This document shows, one piece after another, positions 9,004 through 20,478 of a stretch of DNA of 64,000 nucleotides. Under the pieces are notes generated by a model that was not told where the DNA came from, searched no databases, and saw only the letters and a list, made by a program, of their open reading frames with translations. The DNA comes from an uncultured Actinomycetes bacterium (GTDB taxonomy: Bacteria > Actinomycetota > Acidimicrobiia > IMCC26256 > DASPTH01). Positions within the stretch are counted from its first letter, which is position 1. Every line of letters starts with the position of its first letter. The stretch spans positions 953,524-1,017,523 of the forward strand of contig CAWIHV010000001.1 of NCBI GenBank assembly GCA_963835985.1, read 5' to 3'. Made by a program: the position numbers and the translations under genes.

Positions 9004-10994
9004 TGGCATGGGGTGGAGGGACCATCACGGGTGGCGCGCCGATGGGTGGCGCGGTCGGCGGCTCGCCGGGCAACCCCGGCAACGGCCTGCCGTTCGCCGG
9101 GATCCCGTGGGAGATGCGTCAGGGGGTCGAGAAGCTGCTGGCCGACGAGCCCGAGCTCACCGGCGACCCGCGCTGGGAGACGTCGGAGGCTTCGTTCACG
9201 CACCGCATGCACGAGACCGGCATCAGCCTCCGACGGATGCTGCGTCCACACCGCAAGATGATGACGGTCTCCGGGCTCTTCATCCTCGTCGAGGCGCTCT
9301 GCGTGCAGGCCGGACCGTTCCTCAGCCAGATGGGCATCGACAACGGCATCACCCCGCACGACTGGACCGCGCTGGCGATCATCGGAACCCTCGCCATCCT
9401 CGCGGTGGTGGTGTCGGCGGTGGCCAGCGGCGCACGCGTCGCCACCACCGGCCGAGTGGCGTCACGCGTCATGTTCGAGCTCCGCGTCCGTACGTTCGTG
9501 CATCTGCAACGCCTCTCGCTCGACTACTACACCGACGAGAAGGCGGGCGTGATCATGACCCGCATGACGAGCGACATCGAATCGCTCCAGCAACTGCTGC
9601 AGGACGGTCTGCCGCAGTTCGCGCTGCAGGGACTCACGATGGTGATCGTCACCGTGGTGCTGTTCTTCTACAACGTCCAGCTCGCGTTGATCACGCTCCT
9701 GCTCATCGTCCCGATCCTCACCGGCTTGTCGCTGTGGTTCCGCTCGGCGTCCGACAAGGGGTACAACCGCGTGCGCGACGGCATCGCCGGCGTGCTCAGC
9801 GATCTCTCCGAGAGCCTGTCGGGTGTCCGCGTGGTCACGGGGTTCAACCGGGCGCGTCACAACGTGCTGCAGCACCGCAACGTCACGGGGACCTACCGCG
9901 ACGCCAACGACCACACCGCGCGCATCGCCGCGACCTACGGGGCGTGCACCGAGTTCGTCGGACTGCTCGGCCAGGCCGCCCTGCTGCTCATCGGCGGCAA
10001 CATGGTGCGCGACGGCACGCTCTCGGTCGGCGAGCTCGCCGCGTTCATCCTCTACCTCAACTCGTTCTTCGGGCCCATCCAGTCGTTGGTGCAGCAGTAC
10101 AACCTGTACCAGCAGGGTCAGGCGGCGATCACCAAGCTCGACGAGCTGCTCGACACGCACCCGACGGTCGAGGAGGCGGAGGACGCCGCGCCGTTGCCGC
10201 CGATCGAGGGTGCGGTCATGCTCAAGCACGTCTCGTTCGCGTACGACCCGGCCAAGCCCGTGCTGCACGAGGTCGACCTCGACATCGCCGCCGGCGAGAC
10301 CATCTCGTTGGTGGGTCCCACCGGCGCGGGCAAGTCGACGATCGCGAAGCTGGTCACGCGCTTCTACGACCCGACCGAGGGTCAGGTCGCGATCGACGGC
10401 CACGACCTGCGTGACGTCACCATCGATTCGTTGCGCCGTCAGCTCGGTGTCGTTCCCCAGGAACCGTTCCTCTTCGCGGGCACCATGCGCGACAACATCG
10501 CGTTCGCGAAGCCCGATGCGACCGACGACGAGGTGACCGAGGCGATCGACCGCGTCGGGCTCACCGACTTGATCGAGCGGCTCCCGGAAGGGGTCGACAC
10601 GCCGGTCCACGAACGGGGCGTCTCGTTGTCGTCGGGCGAGCGCCAGCTCATCGCCCTCGCTCGTGCCTTCCTGGCGTCGCCACGCGTGCTGGTGCTCGAC
10701 GAGGCCACGTCGAACCTCGACCTCAAGTCCGAGACCCAGGTGGAAGCGGGCCTCGACGCCGTGCTCGAGGGCCGGACCGCGATCATCGTCGCCCACCGCC
10801 TGTCGACGGCCATCCGCGCCGACCGCATCGCGGTCGTCGACGACGGCCGGATCATCGAGCTCGGTTCCCACGACGAGCTCGTCGACGTCCCCGGCGGGCG
10901 TTACGCGGAGATGTTCCAGGCGTGGATTGCGCACCTGGACACCGACGCCGAACACGGGCCCGCGGAGGTGGTCGGGAGCGGGACCACCGGGTAG
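9003..10994 (+). CDS. ABC exporter, fused permease/ATPase (subunit 2)
   Basis: TGATG coupling; GPTGAGKS, LSSGERQL, VLDEAT, VAHR. Confidence 0.93.
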   Translation: MAWGGGTITGGAPMGGAVGGSPGNPGNGLPFAGIPWEMRQGVEKLLADEPELTGDPRWETSEASFTHRMHETGISLRRMLRPHRKMMTVSGLFILVEALCVQAGPFLSQMGIDNGITPHDWTALAIIGTLAILAVVVSAVASGARVATTGRVASRVMFELRVRTFVHLQRLSLDYYTDEKAGVIMTRMTSDIESLQQLLQDGLPQFALQGLTMVIVTVVLFFYNVQLALITLLLIVPILTGLSLWFRSASDKGYNRVRDGIAGVLSDLSESLSGVRVVTGFNRARHNVLQHRNVTGTYRDANDHTARIAATYGACTEFVGLLGQAALLLIGGNMVRDGTLSVGELAAFILYLNSFFGPIQSLVQQYNLYQQGQAAITKLDELLDTHPTVEEAEDAAPLPPIEGAVMLKHVSFAYDPAKPVLHEVDLDIAAGETISLVGPTGAGKSTIAKLVTRFYDPTEGQVAIDGHDLRDVTIDSLRRQLGVVPQEPFLFAGTMRDNIAFAKPDATDDEVTEAIDRVGLTDLIERLPEGVDTPVHERGVSLSSGERQLIALARAFLASPRVLVLDEATSNLDLKSETQVEAGLDAVLEGRTAIIVAHRLSTAIRADRIAVVDDGRIIELGSHDELVDVPGGRYAEMFQAWIAHLDTDAEHGPAEVVGSGTTG

Positions 10995-11051
10995 CGTCGG
11001 ACGACACGTTTCCGAGCGCCACATGAACCCAGCCGGGGGGACCGAGCAGAC

Positions 11052-11450
11052 ATGGCGAACCAGATCCCGATCGTCGACTACCTGGTCCTCGGCGACGGTG
11101 ACCCGCACCTGGAGGCCAACGAGTGCACCAAGTGCGGTGCGCTGTTCTGGGACCGGCGCAACGCCTGCGGCCGCTGCGCCAACCGCGAATTCAAGAAGAG
11201 GAGCCTCGGCACCACCGGGGTCGTGCGTTCCTTCGCGATCGTGCACCAGGCGGCGCCCGGCGTGCCGGTGCCCTACGTGTCGTCGGTGGTCGACCTCGAC
11301 GGCGGGGGCGACGTGAAGGCCAACGTGGTCAACGTCGAGCCCGACCCCCAGCACATATCGCTCGGAATGAAGGTGAAGCTGACGACGTTCGTCGCCGGTA
11401 CGGACGACGAAGGTACCGAGGCCGTGGTGTTCGGCTTCGAGCCGGTCTGA
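11052..11450 (+). CDS. DUF35 Zn-ribbon/OB-fold acyl-CoA-binding protein
   Basis: CTKC..RRNACGRC Zn ribbon plus OB fold; directly upstream of a thiolase. Confidence 0.9.
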   Translation: MANQIPIVDYLVLGDGDPHLEANECTKCGALFWDRRNACGRCANREFKKRSLGTTGVVRSFAIVHQAAPGVPVPYVSSVVDLDGGGDVKANVVNVEPDPQHISLGMKVKLTTFVAGTDDEGTEAVVFGFEPV

Positions 11451-11474
11451 CACTCAGAGAAGAGGAGCGTTCCA

Positions 11475-12676
11475 ATGGGTGAATCCGTCTGGGTGCTCGG
11501 CGCCTCGATGACCAAGATCAGTCGCTACCCCGACAAGGACGTGATCGACCTTGCCGCGGAGGCCACGTTCAACGCTCTCGACGACGCCGGTGTGAGCATC
11601 TTCGACATCGAGGTGCTCGCGGCCGGGAGCATGTTCAACATGGGCGGCATCGGCCAAGCTGGTCGCGAAGCAGATCGGCCAGACCGGCATCCCGATCTAC
11701 AACGTGGTGAACGCGTGCGCCACCGGCGCCACCGCGGTCCGAACCGCGCTGGTCGAGATCCAGGCCGGCAACGCCGACTTCGGCCTCGCCATCGGCGCGG
11801 AGCAGATGGGCAAGATGGGCCTCCTCGCCGGCAACGCGGCACGGGGCGGCGCGAACAAGTTCGAGCCCGAGGGTCGCTACGGCGGCGTCATGCCGGTCGA
11901 CGGCTGGCTCGGCTCGGGCACCATGCCCGCGGTGTTCGGCCAAGCGGGCATGGAGTACGCCTACGAGAACGATGGCGTCGGCTTCGAGCAGTTCGCCAAG
12001 GTCGCGCAGAAGAACCACGAGCACTCGGCGCTGAACCCGCTCGCGCAGTACAACAAGGTGTTCACGCTCGAGGAGATCATGGACGCCCGCGTGATCTCGT
12101 ACCCGAACACGCTGCCGATGTGCTGCCCCACCGGCGACGGTGCCGCGGCGATCGTGCTCGTGTCGGAGTCGAAGCTCAAGACCCTGTCGCTCGAGCAGCA
12201 GAAGCGTGCGGTCAAGGTCAGTGCTTCGGTGCTCACCAGCGACCCGTGGAGCGAGGGCGGCGAATCGCAGCCCGACGTCAACACGCTGACGCGCAACGCG
12301 GCCGACAAGGCCTACGAGCTCGCCGGCGTCGGGCCGGAAGACCTCGACCTGGTGGAGCTGCACGACTGCTTCGCCACCGCCGAGCTCATCCACTACGACA
12401 ACCTGCGGCTCTGCGAGCCGGGCGGTGCGGGTGAGTTCATCGACAAGAAGGCCCCGTGGCGTGACGGCACCATGCCGGTGAACGTGTCGGGCGGTCTGCT
12501 GTCGAAGGGTCACCCGATCGGCATGACCGGCGCGGCCGGCGTGTTCGAGATCACCACCCGAATTCCGCGGCGAGGCGGGCGACCGCCAGATCGAGGGCGC
12601 CAAGGTGGGCATGGCCCACGTCATCGGCCTCGGCTCGTCGTGCGGTATCCACATCCTCGAGAAGGCCGCGCTGTAG
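11475..12676 (+). CDS. SCP2-type thiolase/lipid-transfer protein (frameshifts at about 11657 and 12560)
   Basis: VVNACATG, ELHDCF, SGGLLSKGHPIG; C-terminal HVIGLGSSC in a shifted frame. Confidence 0.88.
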
Positions 12677-12701
12677 GCACTCTTTGCGCCAGCTTTTGCG
12701 G

Positions 12702-12731
12702 AACGGGCCCGGTCGGTCGACCGGGTCCGTT
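12702..12731 (+). terminator. Hairpin, putative terminator after thiolase
   Basis: AACGGGCCCGGTCG-GT-CGACCGGGTCCGTT inverted repeat. Confidence 0.5.
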
Positions 12732-12861
12732 TACGCCGCGCTGAGTGGTTACTTGTCTACAGCGTGCGCTTACGGTAGAAAGTGTGCCGGAACGCGCTGA
12801 GCGATCGCTCAGCGCGGAGCGCGGGGCGAGGACGAATGCACACCAGCCGAGCGGCGCGGGG

Positions 12862-15800
12862 ATGAGCACGCCGATCACGGCCACGTTCCTCTTCACCGAC
12901 CTCGTGGGGTCGACCGCCTTGGCGTCCCGACTCGGTCCTGACGCCGCCGAGGCTCTCCGGCAGGCCCACTTCGCCATCCTCCGGGGCGCCGCCGATGCCA
13001 CCGGTGGGATCGAGGTGAAGACCACGGGCGACGGGATCATGCTGATGTTCACCGGCCCGAGCCGAGCGCTGTCGTGCGCGGCCGCGATCCAGCAGGGCAT
13101 CGACCGTCACAACCGCCGCGGCGAGGAGCGCCTGGAGCTCCGCATCGGCATCTCGATGGGCGAGGCGGTCGAGGAGGGCAACGACTACTTCGGTGATTGC
13201 GTGGTCGAGGCCGCCCGCCTGTGCGATCGGGCCGAACGGCGGTCAGATCCTCACGACCGACGTGCTGCGCGCGGTGGTCGGGCGCCACAGCACCCACGAA
13301 TTCGTGGCGGTCGGCGACATGGAGCTGAAGGGGATCCCCGACCCGGTCGCCGCGGTCGAGGTCCGGTGGGAACCCGAGGCGGCCGAGGGTGACATCCCAA
13401 TGCCGTCGCGCCTCGTCGGCGCCGCCACCGAGGGACTGTTCGGGTTCTTCGGGCGCGGCGAAGAGCTCACGACCACGCTCGACGCGGCCAAGCGTGCCCG
13501 CGCCGAAGGCCACCCCGAGGTCGTGTTGCTCGAGGGTGAACCAGGCATCGGCAAGACGACGCTCGCCGCGCAGGTGGCGCGCACCATGCACGCCGACGGG
13601 GCAACCGTGCTCTTCGGTCACTGTTCCGAGGGGATGGGGGTGTCGTACCGCCCCTGGATCGACGCGCTGACGCACCTGGTCGAGCACGCTCCCCAGCAAC
13701 TTCTCGAGGATCACGTGGCGCAGCACGGTGCCGCGCTCGCTCGCGTCGTCCCTGCGCTCGCCACGCCGGGTCCCGGACGCCGAACCCGACGGTGGCTCGG
13801 GTGACGCCGACGGCGACCGGTACGCGATGTTGGAGGCGATCTGCGCGTTGCTGCGCGTCGCGGCGCGCGATCAGGTCGTCGTGCTGGTGCTCGACGACCT
13901 GCAGTGGGCCGACGCCGCCAGCCTGCAGGTGCTCCGGCACCTGATCTCGGCGTCGAGCCCACCGCCGCTGTTGGTGATCGGCACGTACCGCGACACCGAC
14001 CTCACGCGCGAGCACGCGCTCACGGCGGTGCTCGCGGATCTCCGGCGCGAGCCGGTCGTGACACGCCTCGCGATACGCGGGCTCGACGATGCCGAGCTGC
14101 TCGCGTTGGTGGAGGGCGCCGCAGGGTACGAGTTGCCTCCCGACGGCGTGCTGCTCGCGCAGGCCCTCTACCGGGAGACCGGAGGGAACCCGTTCTTCAC
14201 CGGTGAGCTCCTCCGCCACCTCTACGAGACCGGGGCCATCGTCTTCGACGACAACGGTCAGTACTCGTTGAGCATCGACCTCGACGAGATCACGCTGCCG
14301 GGCAGCGTGCGCGACGTCGTCATGCGCCGCGTCGACCGACTCGGCGACGACGTGGGGAAGTTGCTCTCCGTGGCCTCGGTCATCGGCCGCACCTTCGATC
14401 TTGCCGTGCTGAGCACGATCGCGGATCAGTCCGAGGACGACGTGCTCGACGTCCTCGAGCAGGCGGTCACGGCCGCGCTGGTGACCGAGGTGGGGGAGCT
14501 CCCGGGTCGGTTCCGCTTCGAGCACGCGCTGATCGAGCACACCCTGTACCAGGACCTCAGCGCCACGCGTCGCCAGCGATTGCACCAGCGCATCGCCCAG
14601 AGCGCTCGAGACGATGGTGGGTGAGCACGCCCCGCCCGTCGCCGAGCTTGCACACCACTGGCTGGTGGCAACGCAACCCGCGGATGCGGCCAAAGCGATC
14701 GAGTACGCCGCGCCTTGCCGGCGACGCCGCGCTGGAGGCGCTCGCGCCAATTGACGCGGTGCGTTGGTTCTCACAGGCGCTCGAGCTCCAGGAACGCCAG
14801 CTCTCGGGCGAGGCGATGGTGCGGTGCGACCTGCTGATCGGTCTCGGTACTGCCCAACAGCTCGCGGGTCTTGCGGAGGAACGTGAGACCCTGCTGGAAG
14901 CCGCCGAGCTCGCACGCGGGGCCGATGATGGCGACCGCCTGGTGCGGGTCGCCTTCGGCCTGGCGCGCGGCTCGCAGGTCTACGACGCCGACGAGGCCCG
15001 AATCGCGACGCTACGGGCGGCGCTCGAGCGGGTCGAGCCGGAGAGCACGGACGCCGCTCGCTTGCACGCAATGCTCACGACCGAGATCGATCCGCGAGAT
15101 CACGAAGCCGTGAGCGCAGAGGCCCTCCGTGCGATCGAGATCGCGCGACGAGCCGGCGACGAGTGCACGCTGCTCGAGGTGCTCAACACGGCGTGGGACG
15201 CCGCCGTCGACCACGCCGACCTCCGACAGCGGCGCGCCACCGCCGATACCGCGTTGGAGCTCGCCGATCGGCTCGATGCCCGCCTCCACGCGTTCACCGC
15301 GCGCTACCACCTCGTTGAGCTCCTGGTGAACGCAGGGGACATCGAGACCGCGCGCGGGGTGTTCGACGAAGCCGTCGAGCGCGCCGCGGCCCTCGGGTTG
15401 CCGTACCCGCGGTGGCAGGTGCTCATCGACCAGAGCGCGTTCGCGGCGATGGCCGGCGATCTCGCCGGCGCGGAGGCGCTGGCAGAAGCTGCGCTCGAAC
15501 TCGCCACGGCAGTGGACATTGCCGCGGGAATGGGTGTGTACGGCGGCCAGCTCGTCAGTCTGCGGTTCATCCAGGGCCGGGTCGACGAGGTCATCGCCTT
15601 CTTCGTCGAGGCCGCGGAGGCCATGCCGACGATCGAACCGCTGCGTCTGGCGGTGATCGTCTTGCTGATCGAGACCGGAGACATCGTGGCCGCGAGCGCG
15701 CGCTTCGAGTACGAGCGCGACCGGGGCTTCCACTACAGCATGACGGGAGAGGTCCAGACGCTCGTCGATGCGGCCGACTGTGCAGTCAATCTTGGCGATC

Positions 15801-16162
15801 GGGAAGCAGCCGGCGTGCTGTTCGAACGCTTGGCGCGCTTCGGCGAGCAGGTGGCGTTCACGCATGCCGTTGCGCCCAATCCGGTCGCGCGTGCGCGTGC
15901 TCGCCTCGCGGCGCTGCTCGGCCGCCACGACGAGGCGGAGGACGCGTTCGCACTGGCACTGACGCAGTGCGGGCGCCTCGCTGCGCCGTACTGGGCGGCG
16001 CGAACCCACGCAGAGCGTGCAGAGATGTACGCGCGTCGCGACGCAGCCGGCGATCGCGAGCGCGCCGAGCGCGATCTCGAAGCGGCACTGCGGCTCGCGT
16101 CGCAGTGCGGCGCGGTCGCAGTCGAGCGGCGCGTCGAACGTGTCCGTGCCGAGCTCGGCTGA
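12862..16162 (+). CDS. Adenylate cyclase + AAA/STAND ATPase + TPR-like helical domain (frameshifts at about 13240, 13765 and 14600-14720)
   Basis: FLFTDLVGST, EVKTTGDG, DYFGDCVVEAARL; GEPGIGKT, VLDDLQWAD, TGGNPFF, RFEHALI; helical repeats to the C-terminus. Confidence 0.88.
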
Positions 16163-16174
16163 TCAGGAGGCTGC

Positions 16175-17194
16175 GTGTTCTACATCGGGTGGCGAGACCT
16201 GCAATTCCGCCGACGGCGGTTCGTCATCGCCATCCTCGCCACCAGCCTGGTGTTCGCGATCGCGCTGATCCTGTCGGGGGTGAGCGGTGGCTTCCATTCG
16301 GAGATCAGCCGCAGCGTCGACGCGTTCGGCGTGCAGGGTTGGGTGGTGCCCACGAGCGCGGCCGGACCGTTCAGCAACTCGAAGGTCTTCGCGCCCGACG
16401 CGGTGAAGGCCGACGTGCAGGGCGGCGGTGAGGTGGCCGCGATGGCCATGACCCGCGTTCCGCACGGTGACAAGGACGTGATGGTGTTCGGCGTCGAGCC
16501 GGGCAAGCTCGGTCCGCAGGCGACGAGCGGTCGTGATGCCAAGGCATCGGGCGAGGTGGTCGTCGACGAGAGCCTCGGGCTCGACATCGGCGACAAGCTC
16601 GACCTCGGCAAACCGTTCGAGGTGGTCGGCACCTACTCGGGGCGGACGATCTTCGCCGGCTCGCCGACCGCGGTCATCCCCCTCGAGGACGCGCAAGAAC
16701 TGACGTACGCCGGGCAGCCCCTCGCCTCCGCACTGCTCACCGAGCGCCTGCCCAGCTCGGTGCCCGACGGGTTCAAGGCGCTGACCAACGCGCAAGCCGA
16801 GGCCGACCTGGGGCGTCCGTTGAAGCAGGCGACCGGCACCATCGACTTCCTCCGGGTGCTCCTCTGGCTCATCGCGGTGGGGATCATCGGATCGATCGTG
16901 TACATGACCGTGCTCGAGCAGACGCGCGACTTCGCGGTGATGAAGGCGATCGGCGTGCAGGGTCGGTCGATCTTCTCCGGCCTCGTCACCCAGGCCGTCG
17001 TCGTCTCGGTGGCATCGGCTGCAGTTGCCGCCCTGCTCACGTTGCTGATCAAGGGGTTCGTACCACTCAACGTGGAGATCTCCACCGGTACGTACATCGC
17101 GCTCCCGGTGATCGCGGCGATCGCGGGGGTCGCGTCGAGCCTGGTCGGCTTGCGGCGCGCGGTGGGTGTCGATCCGGCACTGGCCTTCGGCTGA
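16175..17194 (+). CDS. ABC transporter permease (FtsX/MacB-like)
   Basis: WRDLQFRRRRF N-terminus, ..RDFAVMKAIG, VDPALAFG C-terminus. Confidence 0.88.
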   Translation: MFYIGWRDLQFRRRRFVIAILATSLVFAIALILSGVSGGFHSEISRSVDAFGVQGWVVPTSAAGPFSNSKVFAPDAVKADVQGGGEVAAMAMTRVPHGDKDVMVFGVEPGKLGPQATSGRDAKASGEVVVDESLGLDIGDKLDLGKPFEVVGTYSGRTIFAGSPTAVIPLEDAQELTYAGQPLASALLTERLPSSVPDGFKALTNAQAEADLGRPLKQATGTIDFLRVLLWLIAVGIIGSIVYMTVLEQTRDFAVMKAIGVQGRSIFSGLVTQAVVVSVASAAVAALLTLLIKGFVPLNVEISTGTYIALPVIAAIAGVASSLVGLRRAVGVDPALAFG

Positions 17195-17222
17195 TCACCG
17201 CCCGCATCTTCGGAGGAGCAAC

Positions 17223-18218
17223 GTGCTCAGCATCAAGGACCTGACCATCGAGTACTCGAGCGGCGGCTACGTCGTGCGCCCGATCTCGAACCTCTCGCTC
17301 GAAGCCGGCGAGGGCCAACTCGTGCTGCTGCTCGGCGCGAGCGGCTGCGGCAAGACCACGCTGCTCTCGGTGATCGCCGGGCTCCTCACGCCCGCGTCGG
17401 GCAGCGTGACCGTCGTCGACACCGAGGTGGTCGGGCTCTCGGGCAGCGCGCTCACCCAGTACCGCCGGCACACCGTCGGCGTGGTGTTCCAGGCGTTCAA
17501 CCTGCTGCCGGCGTTGACCGCGTCGGAGAACGTCCAGGTGCCCCTGCGCGCGGCCAAGTGGAGCAAGGCGAAGGCGCGCGCGCGGGCCGAGGAGCTGCTC
17601 GCCACCGTCGACCTCTCGGATCGGGCGGAGCACCTCCCCGGTGACATGTCCGGTGGACAGCAGCAGCGTGTCGCCATCGCGCGCGGTCTCGCGCACGATC
17701 CACCGGTGCTCCTCGCCGACGAACCGACCGCGCACCTCGACTACCTGCAGGTCGAGGGCGTCATCCGTCTGCTGCGCACCCTCGCCGATTCGGGCCGGCT
17801 CGTCGTGGTCGCCACGCACGACGACCGCCTCGTGCCGCTGGCCGACGCGATCGTGAACCTCACGCCGCGCGCCGCCACCACCGAACGTCCCCCGGAGCGC
17901 GTCGAGCTCGCGGCCGGTGAGGTGCTGTTCCGTGAAGGTGACCACGGCGATCTCGTGTACATGATCGACGAGGGTGAGATCGAGTTGCTGCGCGAGCGCG
18001 ACGACGGCACCGAGGAGCTCCTGCACCGGGCCGGCGCGGGGGAGTACTTCGGCGAACTGGCACCCATGCTCGGGCTGCCGCGATCGGCGACTGCTCGGGC
18101 GGTCGGCGCGGCCGTGCTCACCGGCTACACCTTGCGTTCCTTCCGCAGCCAGGTGGGCGGTCCCACGGCGGGATCGCTGCTCGAAGGCGCGGCCGACGCC
18201 GACACCGCCGAAGTCTGA
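17223..18218 (+). CDS. ABC ATPase with C-terminal cyclic-nucleotide-binding domain
   Basis: GASGCGKT, MSGGQQQR, LADEPT, ATHD; then LFREGD..VYMIDEG..GEYFGE..PRSATARA. Confidence 0.92.
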   Translation: MLSIKDLTIEYSSGGYVVRPISNLSLEAGEGQLVLLLGASGCGKTTLLSVIAGLLTPASGSVTVVDTEVVGLSGSALTQYRRHTVGVVFQAFNLLPALTASENVQVPLRAAKWSKAKARARAEELLATVDLSDRAEHLPGDMSGGQQQRVAIARGLAHDPPVLLADEPTAHLDYLQVEGVIRLLRTLADSGRLVVVATHDDRLVPLADAIVNLTPRAATTERPPERVELAAGEVLFREGDHGDLVYMIDEGEIELLRERDDGTEELLHRAGAGEYFGELAPMLGLPRSATARAVGAAVLTGYTLRSFRSQVGGPTAGSLLEGAADADTAEV

Positions 18219-18224
18219 GCTCCT

Positions 18225-18809
18225 TCAGGGCCCGAGGCGCTTCCCCAACGCGCGCAGGAACTCCTCGCGCTCGGCCAGGAACTCGGGGTCCTTCACCGAC
18301 TTGCCGGTCACGAGCTGGGTGAGCTGCGGGAGCAGGAACGGCCCCATCGTGAGGCACACCTCGCTGAGCACGAGTTGCGCGGCGTCGAGGTCGTCGGGGA
18401 CGCGGCCCGCGCGCTGCTCGGCGCGCACCGCCTCCACCCAATCGTCGTAGAGGGCGCGTCGCTCCTCCTCGTTGACCGGCCTGTCGGGGTTGGTCTCGAG
18501 CGCCTCCCACATCGTGAGGCGCGTGTACTCGCGCTGACCGGGGAGGCGCGCCGTGCGTTCGGCGAGCCGGTCGGGATCGCCCACGTTGCTGGCCTGCAGC
18601 TTCGCCGCGCCCTCGGCCAACCGTCGGCGGAGGATCTCGCGGAACAGGCCCTCCTTCGACTCGAAGTAGTAGTAGAGCATCCGCTTGTTGACGCGCGCCC
18701 GGGCCGCGATGGCGTCGACGCGGGCGCCGGAGATGCCCTTGGCCGAGAACTCGCGCACTGCAGCCGAGAGGATCTTCGCCTTGGTGGCCTCGGGATCGCG
18801 GTTTGCCAT
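18225..18809 (-). CDS. TetR family regulator
   Basis: ILSAAVREFSAKGISGARVDAIA..LYYYFESKEGL. Confidence 0.93.
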   Translation of the reverse strand: MANRDPEATKAKILSAAVREFSAKGISGARVDAIAARARVNKRMLYYYFESKEGLFREILRRRLAEGAAKLQASNVGDPDRLAERTARLPGQREYTRLTMWEALETNPDRPVNEEERRALYDDWVEAVRAEQRAGRVPDDLDAAQLVLSEVCLTMGPFLLPQLTQLVTGKSVKDPEFLAEREEFLRALGKRLGP

Positions 18810-18834
18810 GCCACCGCTCCAACCGGTAAAGTTG

Positions 18835-18850
18835 TTAACCAGTCAGTTAA
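18835..18850. promoter_or_regulatory. Putative TetR operator
   Basis: AT-rich imperfect palindrome TTAAC-CAGTCA-GTTAA between divergent TetR and MFS genes. Confidence 0.6.
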
Positions 18851-18896
18851 TAGTAGCAGCAGTCGGCAGCGGGGACAGGGAGCAGGCGGAGCGCGG

Positions 18897-20468
18897 ATGC
18901 TCAGCGCGGAGAAGGCCTACGAGCGTCGTTGGTACACGCTGGCCGTCCTGTGCATGTCGCTCGTCATCATCACGATCGACAACTCGATCCTCAACGTCGC
19001 GCTCCCCACGATCGTGCGCGACCTCGGCGCCAGCGGCTCCGATCTCCAGTGGATCATCGACTCCTACGTCATCGTCTTCGCCAGCCTGCTGCTCACCGCC
19101 GGCGCGCTGGGCGACAAGTACGGCCGCAAGGGCGCGCTGACGTTCGGCCTGCTCCTGTTCGGTGGCTTCTCGGGGCTGGCGTCGTTGGCGAACTCACCGG
19201 AGATGCTCATCTTCGCGCGCGGGCTCATGGGCATCGGCGCCGCGTTCATCTTCCCGACCACGCTGTCGATCCTCACCAACACGTTCACGGGACGCGAACG
19301 CGCCAAGGCCATCGGGGTGTGGGCGGGCGTCTCGGGGATCGGCGTCGCGCTCGGTCCGATGCTCGGTGGGATCCTGGTCGAGCACTTCTACTGGGGCTCG
19401 GTGTTCTTCGTGAACGTGCCCATCTGCGCGTTGGCGCTCGTGCTCGGGTACTTCTACATCCCGTCGTCGCGCGACCCCGACAACCGTCCGCTCGACCCCA
19501 TCGGCGCGCTGCTCTCCATCCTCACGCTCGTCGCGTTGCTCTACGCCATCATCCAGGCGCCCGACAAGGGTTGGACGGCTCCCGAGGTCGTGGCGTCGTT
19601 CTTCGCCGGGCTCGTGCTCCTCGGCGTGTTCGCCCTCTGGGAGATGCGGGCCAAGGAACCGATGATCGACGTGCGCGTGTTCCGCAACCCGCGGTTCTCC
19701 GCCGCGTCCAGCGTGCTCACGCTGACGTCGTTCGCGCTCTACGGCTCGGTGTTCCTCCTGATCCAGTACTTCCAGTTCGTGCTCGGGTACTCACCGCTGG
19801 AGGCCGGTCTCCTCGCGATGCCGGTTGCCATCGCGATGATGGTGGTGTCGCCCAACGCCCCTCGTCTCGTGCGGCGGTGGGGCACGAAGTGGGTCGTGGT
19901 GCTGGGGTTGCTCATCGCCGCGCTGGCGATGCTCTGCTACGCGTCCGACATGATCATGTCGTCGTTCGTCGGAGGGTGCGCGGTGCGCTTCCTCTTCGGT
20001 GTCGGACTCGGGCTCACGTCGGCGCCCGCCACTGAATCGATCATGGGATCGCTGCCGCCGAGCCGGGCCGGGGTCGGTTCGGCGATCAACGACACGACGC
20101 GACAGACCGGTGGTGCGCTCGGCGTCGCCATCATCGGCAGCGTGTTCCTCGCCGCCTACCACCACTATGCCGACAAGGCCGCCGACCTCTCGGCGGCGTC
20201 GAGGGCCGCGCTGCACGACTCGGTGGGGCGTGCGCTCGACCTCGCCGCCCGGCTCCCGGCGAAGCAGGGCAACGCGCTCGTGCAGCTGTCCCACGACGCG
20301 TTCGTCGACGCGATGCGGATCACGTATCCCATCGCGGCGGCCATCATCGTCTTTGCTGCGTTCATCGCCTGGCGGTTCCTGCCCGCGCACGGGCACGACG
20401 AGTTCCCGACGGTCGACGCCGAGGTGGAAGCGCGCGAGATCAGCGAGTACGAGATCCTCGGCGCGTAG
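18897..20468 (+). CDS. DHA2 (EmrB/QacA) MFS efflux transporter
   Basis: IDNSILNVALPTI, LQWIIDSY, GALGDKYGRK, VFFVNVP; 14-TM pattern. Confidence 0.93.
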   Translation: MLSAEKAYERRWYTLAVLCMSLVIITIDNSILNVALPTIVRDLGASGSDLQWIIDSYVIVFASLLLTAGALGDKYGRKGALTFGLLLFGGFSGLASLANSPEMLIFARGLMGIGAAFIFPTTLSILTNTFTGRERAKAIGVWAGVSGIGVALGPMLGGILVEHFYWGSVFFVNVPICALALVLGYFYIPSSRDPDNRPLDPIGALLSILTLVALLYAIIQAPDKGWTAPEVVASFFAGLVLLGVFALWEMRAKEPMIDVRVFRNPRFSAASSVLTLTSFALYGSVFLLIQYFQFVLGYSPLEAGLLAMPVAIAMMVVSPNAPRLVRRWGTKWVVVLGLLIAALAMLCYASDMIMSSFVGGCAVRFLFGVGLGLTSAPATESIMGSLPPSRAGVGSAINDTTRQTGGALGVAIIGSVFLAAYHHYADKAADLSAASRAALHDSVGRALDLAARLPAKQGNALVQLSHDAFVDAMRITYPIAAAIIVFAAFIAWRFLPAHGHDEFPTVDAEVEAREISEYEILGA

Positions 20469-20478
20469 CGTCGTAGCG

